64,000 nt of DNA from Candidatus Poseidoniaceae archaeon (lineage in GTDB: Archaea; Thermoplasmatota; Poseidoniia; Poseidoniales; Poseidoniaceae). The stretch is from the NCBI GenBank assembly GCA_949373075.1, contig CASIBX010000002.1, positions 1,019 through 65,018 on the forward strand, written 5' to 3'. The position numbers and the translations under genes are program-made. The notes below the pieces were generated by a model. That model worked only from the letters and a program-made list of their open reading frames with translations. It searched no databases and was not told where the DNA came from. This document shows positions 58,466 to 64,000 of the stretch, piece by piece; positions within the stretch are counted from its first letter, which is position 1; every line of letters begins with the position of its first letter.

Positions 58466-60102
58466 TGAAGCGTAGCATCATTCTTGTCGGACTTCTATTC
58501 TGTCTGTTAATTCCCCTATCTACTGGTGCTACAGAGGAATCAAACTCGTGGGACGTTGATTTGGATAATGGATATATTTCCACAAAACCGATTATTATTG
58601 AAGACCAAGTAATCGTCAGAACATCGGGTTTCTGGACGGGGGAAGATAGACCTCATGTATACTCATACGATTTACACGAAGGTACTCAAAATTGGAAATA
58701 CCGAAGCAATACTTCAACTCAACACGATATGTCTCCATTATTGCATGTCGAAGCAGGTTCAGGCGAGTGTGGTAATTGGGATGAAATGATTCTGGTTGGA
58801 TGGACTGATGGTAAAGTCACAGCATTGGATATTTCAGACGGGTCATTGGTTTGGAGCGCCCAAACCGAAGTGATAACCTGGGGAGTCACCGGCGCTATGG
58901 CTCTAGATTCAGATGTTGTTGTTGTTCCAACTCGCAAAGGCTTGTCCACATTTTGCCTTGACGGTGGTGATTTGGAATTAAGAGTAGATTTGTCAGAATT
59001 GGGTTGGAGAAATGGAGTAACCGTTAGTCAAGTTGGATATTATCTTGGAAATGAAGACGGGGTTCTCAATACAATCTCACGGCAGGGCGAGATAAGTAAT
59101 ACCTCCATCGGAGACGGTAAGATTCGACATGCTCCAATCGAAACCACTAACGGAATTCTAATTCATCTTCAAACATCTACTGGCTCAGAGATTTATGTAA
59201 ACAATGAACTGTTATCTGTGGAAGGTTATTCTCCTGCAATACCGCTAAAGGTCGGCAAAATGGTATTTTTAGCAACAAGTTCTCACGTAATTTCGGTTGA
59301 TTGTGAAATAAATTGTTCGATAGAAGGCCGGACAAATTATCACACCAACGGTGAAATTGTCTTGCAGCCAGATGGCCAAATCTGGTTTCCAAATAATTCC
59401 CCTGAAGGCGGTTGGGGAACTGGCTTACCCGGTTCCGAGATAACAACATTTCACACTCTGCTCGGCACATACACAACAGCAGGTCCTGGTTTCGGGACTA
59501 ATGGTGAATTAGCACTAGGAAACGACAATGGAGTACTAACGGTATTCTCATCAAACGCAGCTTCAGATTCATCTGATGTTGAAAAATCAAAGACAGAAGA
59601 ATCTAATTTATATCTTAATCAAGCTTTGATTTTACTTCTGTGTGTGGCCATGTTCTACTTCCAAATTCAAAAGAATAACAAAATGGCAACTAAAGTCGGA
59701 CTCCTAATCCTCTTAGTAATCATGATCACCATCCTACCTGACATCTCTAATACTTGGTCCAAAGAAATCGGGGCACTAGAAGAGCCGCCTGGTGATTGGG
59801 ATGATTCATGGCCAGATGAATGGCTGGGTACTCAGGTAATGGTGTTTGAATTACCCGATGGTGAATTGGTAGTTGGCGGCTTTGCGGACTTTGAAAATGT
59901 CGAGGATTTCACTGATGCCGCCGCAGCCCAATTAGAGGTGACAGTCGCCAAGGAGTCCTATGATATTGGAGACTTAGTGACTTCTTTCAATGGCTATGAA
60001 GCCGATGGTTGGGAGTTTACTATTGATGGCAAAAGGTCCTCTGTTGGGATGACAGAGGCAGAACTTGCAGAAGACAGTGTTGTACGTTGGTCACCAGCGT
60101 GA
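58462..60102 (+). CDS. secreted PQQ-repeat beta-propeller protein fused, via two hydrophobic helices, to a C-terminal DUF4430-like (transcobalamin C-terminal-like) domain
   Basis: A signal peptide. PQQ repeats (DGKVTALDISDGSLVWSAQT and others). Hydrophobic segments LYLNQALILLLCVAMFYF and MATKVGLLILLVIMITILP. The final segment IGDLVTSFNGYEADGWEFTIDGKRSSVGMTEAELAEDSVVRW looks like DUF4430. An in-frame Met at 59683 could alternatively start a separate gene. Confidence 0.5.
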   Translation: MMKRSIILVGLLFCLLIPLSTGATEESNSWDVDLDNGYISTKPIIIEDQVIVRTSGFWTGEDRPHVYSYDLHEGTQNWKYRSNTSTQHDMSPLLHVEAGSGECGNWDEMILVGWTDGKVTALDISDGSLVWSAQTEVITWGVTGAMALDSDVVVVPTRKGLSTFCLDGGDLELRVDLSELGWRNGVTVSQVGYYLGNEDGVLNTISRQGEISNTSIGDGKIRHAPIETTNGILIHLQTSTGSEIYVNNELLSVEGYSPAIPLKVGKMVFLATSSHVISVDCEINCSIEGRTNYHTNGEIVLQPDGQIWFPNNSPEGGWGTGLPGSEITTFHTLLGTYTTAGPGFGTNGELALGNDNGVLTVFSSNAASDSSDVEKSKTEESNLYLNQALILLLCVAMFYFQIQKNNKMATKVGLLILLVIMITILPDISNTWSKEIGALEEPPGDWDDSWPDEWLGTQVMVFELPDGELVVGGFADFENVEDFTDAAAAQLEVTVAKESYDIGDLVTSFNGYEADGWEFTIDGKRSSVGMTEAELAEDSVVRWSPA

Positions 60103-60133
60103 AGTTCAAGGCGTGGACACTCTACCGCTGTGC

Positions 60134-60793
60134 ATGGTACTAACAGACGGAGTCCACGGGCCAGCCCTCGCTCCGGTCGAATTATTAGCAATCAATATGC
60201 TTTTGATTACCATTTCGTTCTTCCTTTTGTGCAGGCCTACACATTCTGCAAAGAGGGAAATCCTTGTCCTAACCAGTATCACTGCTGCAGCCGCAGCAAG
60301 CCGAATTTTGCTAGAACCATTCCCTAACGTTCAGCCATTAACTATGATGTGCTTGGTGATGGGAGCGACTTTAGGAGCTCGCCGCGGAATGGCTTTTGCA
60401 GTCATAGCAACTATGGTTTCTAACCTAGTTTTGTCACATGGATGGTGGACTTTGTTCCAAGCAAGCGGCTGGGCTGCAATTGCATTTGCAGGTTCCCGTC
60501 TTGGATTAGTAGTTGGTAATGTAGTCGAAATGAAGCGCCTAGCAATAACTGCAGTAATCGTTTCAGTACTATTCGATTGGTGGGTTTCACTATCGATATT
60601 CACGAGTGGAATGACTATCTCTGAGTTTGGTATTTACATTCTAAACGGTCTACCATTCGATGCATTACACGCGGTTGCTAGTCTGGTAAGTGCTGTATGG
60701 ATTGCTCCTTGGCTTGCGAATTTAATATTCGAAGAGACTTTACAAATCGAGGAGCCACAAGTAAGTGGTGAGGCAGATGTCATCACCGCTTAA
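60134..60793 (+). CDS. polytopic membrane protein (possible ECF-type S-component-like)
   Basis: About 220 aa with 5-6 TM helices. The track ORF starts at 60065 and overlaps the upstream gene; an internal Met at 60134 removes that overlap. Confidence 0.4.
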   Translation: MVLTDGVHGPALAPVELLAINMLLITISFFLLCRPTHSAKREILVLTSITAAAAASRILLEPFPNVQPLTMMCLVMGATLGARRGMAFAVIATMVSNLVLSHGWWTLFQASGWAAIAFAGSRLGLVVGNVVEMKRLAITAVIVSVLFDWWVSLSIFTSGMTISEFGIYILNGLPFDALHAVASLVSAVWIAPWLANLIFEETLQIEEPQVSGEADVITA

Positions 60794-60803
60794 TGAAGTT
60801 ACA

Positions 60804-61145
60804 ATGGTCTTAGTGACCCGTGACGACCTCAAACTTTCCAAAGGTAAGTTAGCAGCCCAATGCGCTCATGCTGCAGTTGACTGTGCTATGGGTGCGAAGA
60901 AGAAAGCCGCTCGATTGTATGAGCGGTGGAATCTGGCTGGTGCGCGTAAAATCGTACTCCGTGCTGATGATGAAATGCATCTTCGCCAACTCTATGCTAA
61001 AGCCCTAGAAGGTGGCCTAGTTTGTTCACTTATCAAAGACGCAGGACACACAGAAATACCGCCCGGTACAGTAACGGTTCTAGGCATTGGTCCGTCGCCG
61101 CGTTCAGCAGTTGATGCAATCACTGGCGACCTGAAACTGCTTTGA
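60804..61145 (+). CDS. pth2: peptidyl-tRNA hydrolase, archaeal/eukaryotic type (Pth2)
   Basis: MVLVTRDDLKLSKGKLAAQCAHAAV is colinear with the Pth2 N-terminus, at about 113 aa. The earlier Met at 60765 would overlap the upstream gene. Confidence 0.8.
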   Translation: MVLVTRDDLKLSKGKLAAQCAHAAVDCAMGAKKKAARLYERWNLAGARKIVLRADDEMHLRQLYAKALEGGLVCSLIKDAGHTEIPPGTVTVLGIGPSPRSAVDAITGDLKLL

Positions 61146-61167
61146 GTGAAAGCGGCGTGGACTGTAC

Positions 61168-62208
61168 ATGCGCGAGTATCCTTCTGACCGTGTTGATGTG
61201 CGTAGTGACACCGTCACCCAGCCAACTGCGGCTATGCGTGCGGTAATGGAGAAAGCCGAAGTCGGAGACGATGTACTCGGTGATGACCCAACGGTCAACG
61301 AACTTCAGAATCGTCTGGCCAAGATGTTTGGCAAAGAAGCGGCATTATTTGTTGCAAGTGGTACTATGTCCAACGCTATTGCTCTACGAACCCACACAGT
61401 TCCAGGGGATGAAATCATATGCGACAAGACCGCTCATATCTACAAGTACGAGGGAGGCGGATATGCTGCACTATGTGGGGCATCAATCTCTCTCGTTGAA
61501 GGAGAAGGCGGCTTAATGACTGGCGCCCAAGTTAAATCTGCAATTCGTAAAGCAGAGGGCTCAGGTTCTCATTATCCAGATGGAACTCTAGTGTGTGTCG
61601 AGAATACATCTAATCTTGGAGGCGGGGCTTGTTACACTCAAGAAGCCCTTGATGAAATTGCAGCAGTAGCAAAAGCAAATGGTTGTGCAACTCACATTGA
61701 CGGTGCTAGAATATTCAATGCAGCAATCACGACAGGTGTCGATGTGGCACGAATGTGTCGTGATTATGATTCGGTCTCAATCTGTCTTTCAAAAGGCCTT
61801 GGAGCGCCTGTTGGGTCAGTGCTTGTGGGTTCTCAAGAATTCATCAACAAAGCTCATCGCTGGCGCAAGATGTTTGGTGGCGGATGGAGGCAAGCAGGGA
61901 TTCTTGCATCAGCAGCACTCTACACTCTAGATCATCACATAGATAGATTGGAAGAAGACCATGTACGGGCAAGAAAAGTCGCAGAAGCGATTAACGCAAT
62001 GGACAATTTTAGCGTTGATATGGAGGCGGTTCAATCGAATCTAGTATACGTCAACTGTAACATTCCAGCAGCAGATGTTGTGACATCATTGGCCGAACAT
62101 GGAATCGATATGTTCGACTTACCTTACAATCGAGTTCGAGTCGCAATTCATCTGCACATTACAGATGAAGATGTTGAGCGAATCATCGCAGCCTTCGCTG
62201 CGCAGTGA
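61168..62208 (+). CDS. ltaE: low-specificity L-threonine aldolase
   Basis: The N-terminal DVRSDTVTQPT signature; a PLP-fold with a lysine context. 346 aa. Confidence 0.8.
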   Translation: MREYPSDRVDVRSDTVTQPTAAMRAVMEKAEVGDDVLGDDPTVNELQNRLAKMFGKEAALFVASGTMSNAIALRTHTVPGDEIICDKTAHIYKYEGGGYAALCGASISLVEGEGGLMTGAQVKSAIRKAEGSGSHYPDGTLVCVENTSNLGGGACYTQEALDEIAAVAKANGCATHIDGARIFNAAITTGVDVARMCRDYDSVSICLSKGLGAPVGSVLVGSQEFINKAHRWRKMFGGGWRQAGILASAALYTLDHHIDRLEEDHVRARKVAEAINAMDNFSVDMEAVQSNLVYVNCNIPAADVVTSLAEHGIDMFDLPYNRVRVAIHLHITDEDVERIIAAFAAQ

Positions 62209-63169
62209 ATGCTGCAACCATAATCACAGATAGTACTGCAATGAAACTGATACTCGGAAGTCCGCTGTCTTCATCATCTTCTTCAACAGGGTCTGCTGGG
62301 GTCACAGGATCTTCATCCTCAGGTTCTGGCAATACAACTTCATGGATGAGGTGTACTTCCAAATCATCACCGTCGTAAGCAGTAGGTAGTGTCACTTCCA
62401 TACTTCCTGACATAGATTCTCCCAGTTCAATAATTGCCCGAACACTCTCGTGATAGAATTCTTCTCCATTACTTCCATCTGGGAAGTAGGCAAGATGTTC
62501 AACAACCCAAATTGAACTCATTACGGTTGCACCTTCTGGTATTGTATCAGTATCCATTACCAGGTTCCATGTTGCAATAGCACTGGAATCGTTCGTAGAT
62601 GCCACCCACCCGAGTGTGGAAGTGCCCTGGCCTAGACTCAAAGGATTTTGCAAATTGGCGTTGTAATCGTCCTGCAGTGAGTCTCCAGAAGGAACACTGC
62701 CAACTTGCTTAATTGTTCCATTAAAGACAACAGTCGGAGGCAATCTTTGCTCATATCTTTCAATCCATCTCTCATCGCCCTCTTGCGAGCCTAATGGGTC
62801 TTCATTTTCTCCAATGAATCTGTGGAAGTGATATTGTTGCATATTATTTGTTTCTTCAACGTCATCTAGTGCGTGTTCCACCTTGACACAATTGGTGCAC
62901 CATGTAGCAGTATAATCTTCAACGATGGCGGGTAAATCTGAAAGAGCCATAGTTGCATTTCCGGAATTATGTGCAACGATGTGAACTCCACCAAATACAA
63001 ATCCTACCTCATCCAAATCTTCAGGCGCACCTGCATTACTAGACGGGATAATAGAAATTAACAAAATCAAAATTATACACGTTGCTCTTACTCGCATACT
63101 ATCCCTAATAGCGCACATATTTTCAATGATTGCCCTCCAAGTATCAGGCGTGGGTTCAATAACCCCCAC
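62183..63169 (-). CDS. membrane-anchored thioredoxin-fold (CxxC) surface protein
   Basis: An N-terminal signal-anchor, a WCTNC thioredoxin active-site motif, and a C-terminal TM helix plus basic tail (ISFIAVLSVIMVAAFTAQRRLR). Confidence 0.5.
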   Translation of the reverse strand: MGVIEPTPDTWRAIIENMCAIRDSMRVRATCIILILLISIIPSSNAGAPEDLDEVGFVFGGVHIVAHNSGNATMALSDLPAIVEDYTATWCTNCVKVEHALDDVEETNNMQQYHFHRFIGENEDPLGSQEGDERWIERYEQRLPPTVVFNGTIKQVGSVPSGDSLQDDYNANLQNPLSLGQGTSTLGWVASTNDSSAIATWNLVMDTDTIPEGATVMSSIWVVEHLAYFPDGSNGEEFYHESVRAIIELGESMSGSMEVTLPTAYDGDDLEVHLIHEVVLPEPEDEDPVTPADPVEEDDEDSGLPSISFIAVLSVIMVAAFTAQRRLR

Positions 63170-63201
63170 GCCCCATTAAGTCCATCCCGTGGTGAAAATC
63201 A

Positions 63202-64000
63202 ATGATATCTGCTAATGAATCCGAACCCGCAATTCTTTCGATGGAGGCGATAGAAGCGGGAATCGGCACTCCAGACTGGCTGCTGGAGGCGATTGTTATG
63301 GGTCAGCGGCTGATGATTATTCATCCAACAGAAGCATCGAGAAAACAAACAATTTCCGAGCTGCATATGATGATGGGTGGAGGAATTGTAGATTCCTCGC
63401 ATCACCTAACAATTCAGAGATTTATTTCGATGCTACATATCGATTTGCGCCTACCTGCAGTTATGGAGGAAGACGGCGTAACATTCGAATTAACTCACCA
63501 GGCTCTGTCCTCACACGCTACAGATTACGGATTCCCTCTGATTCAGCCAAATCCCCAACACGCATGGACCCGCTCAAGGTCGCATAGGGTTTTGGCATTA
63601 CACAGAGAGATAATTTCGCTCATAAAACCACAAAATTGGGAGGACGACCCCGGGGCCATGTCTTGTGATAAAGTATTGAAAAGGTTGGAATCCGGAACTG
63701 GAATGACCCATCCTTCTCGAAGAACAAGAGTTGTTCTAGATGCATTAAATGAAACAGAAAAGATACCTTTCACACTTCGAGATGTATCTGGAATAATTAT
63801 GCTGGATCACGCTAGCAGTTTAAGCGAAGTAGAGTTAGCAGTAATGAGTAGAATAAGCCAACAAGTAAACCTCCACCAACTTGTGAATCCGGGCTCCCAT
63901 CGTCTCGGGTTCCATGGGGAGTACATCGAGGATATACACCCAGTCAGGAAACAATCAGAACTTCCAAAATGGGTTCCTGAGCATAACGTCTGGATACCTA
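63202..64000 (+). CDS. hypothetical protein, 3'-partial; runs off the window end and is not in the supplied ORF track
   Basis: An ATG at 63202 opens a frame with no stop through 64000 (at least 266 aa). The small minus-strand ORFs the track lists here look spurious by comparison. Confidence 0.4.
   Translation, partial: MISANESEPAILSMEAIEAGIGTPDWLLEAIVMGQRLMIIHPTEASRKQTISELHMMMGGGIVDSSHHLTIQRFISMLHIDLRLPAVMEEDGVTFELTHQALSSHATDYGFPLIQPNPQHAWTRSRSHRVLALHREIISLIKPQNWEDDPGAMSCDKVLKRLESGTGMTHPSRRTRVVLDALNETEKIPFTLRDVSGIIMLDHASSLSEVELAVMSRISQQVNLHQLVNPGSHRLGFHGEYIEDIHPVRKQSELPKWVPEHNVWIP

Noticed and set aside
1-64000. Mobile elements (IS, integrase, provirus) flanking the tRNAs or surface-protein genes
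   Set aside because: No transposase, integrase, capsid or terminase-like ORFs were recognised, and no terminal inverted repeats were seen. The tRNA-adjacent rearrangement is noted as a finding, but no element could be delimited.

Overview
This is a 64 kb chromosomal segment from an archaeon. The lineage calls rest on ribosomal proteins L18e, L13 and S9 with RpoN and an adjacent tRNA-Pro, on MCM, GatE, Pth2 and Trm1, and on two PAC2 proteasome-assembly-chaperone paralogs. A proteorhodopsin-type retinal protein, a bacterial-type NAD-dependent LigA and roughly 45% GC suggest a Marine Group II (Poseidoniales-like) euryarchaeon. This lineage assignment is inference.

Coding density is high. The window mixes housekeeping genes (eno, aspartate aminotransferase, purM, ltaE, an ABC-B exporter, HAD phosphatase, DnaQ exonuclease) with an unusually large set of secreted or membrane-anchored surface proteins.

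The surface proteins include:
- A tandem pair of Asp-rich thrombospondin-type-3-like (DxDxDG) repeat proteins of 577 aa and 2642 aa. The first carries an approximately 300 nt (GQ)n coding microsatellite.
- A 1522 aa beta-helix-like protein.
- An 808 aa Ig-like repeat protein.
- A 1373 aa FG-GAP-repeat protein.
- PKD-domain, PQQ-propeller and thioredoxin-like surface proteins.

Three tRNAs were found by eye: Cys-GCA, Pro-GGG and Arg-GCG. No transposase, integrase or CRISPR array was seen.

Notable observations:
- The rhodopsin has a Lys at the canonical proton-donor position (DTK instead of DTE) and Met at the spectral-tuning site.
- Two adjacent secreted proteins share an N-proximal C-x3/4-C-H motif.
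- A PQQ-propeller is fused to a DUF4430-like (transcobalamin-like) domain and sits next to a polytopic membrane protein.
- A McrC-like PD-(D/E)xK protein lies at the window start.
- A stand-alone Cas4-family Fe-S nuclease is present.

All family assignments come from motif-level reading of the translations and are not database results.
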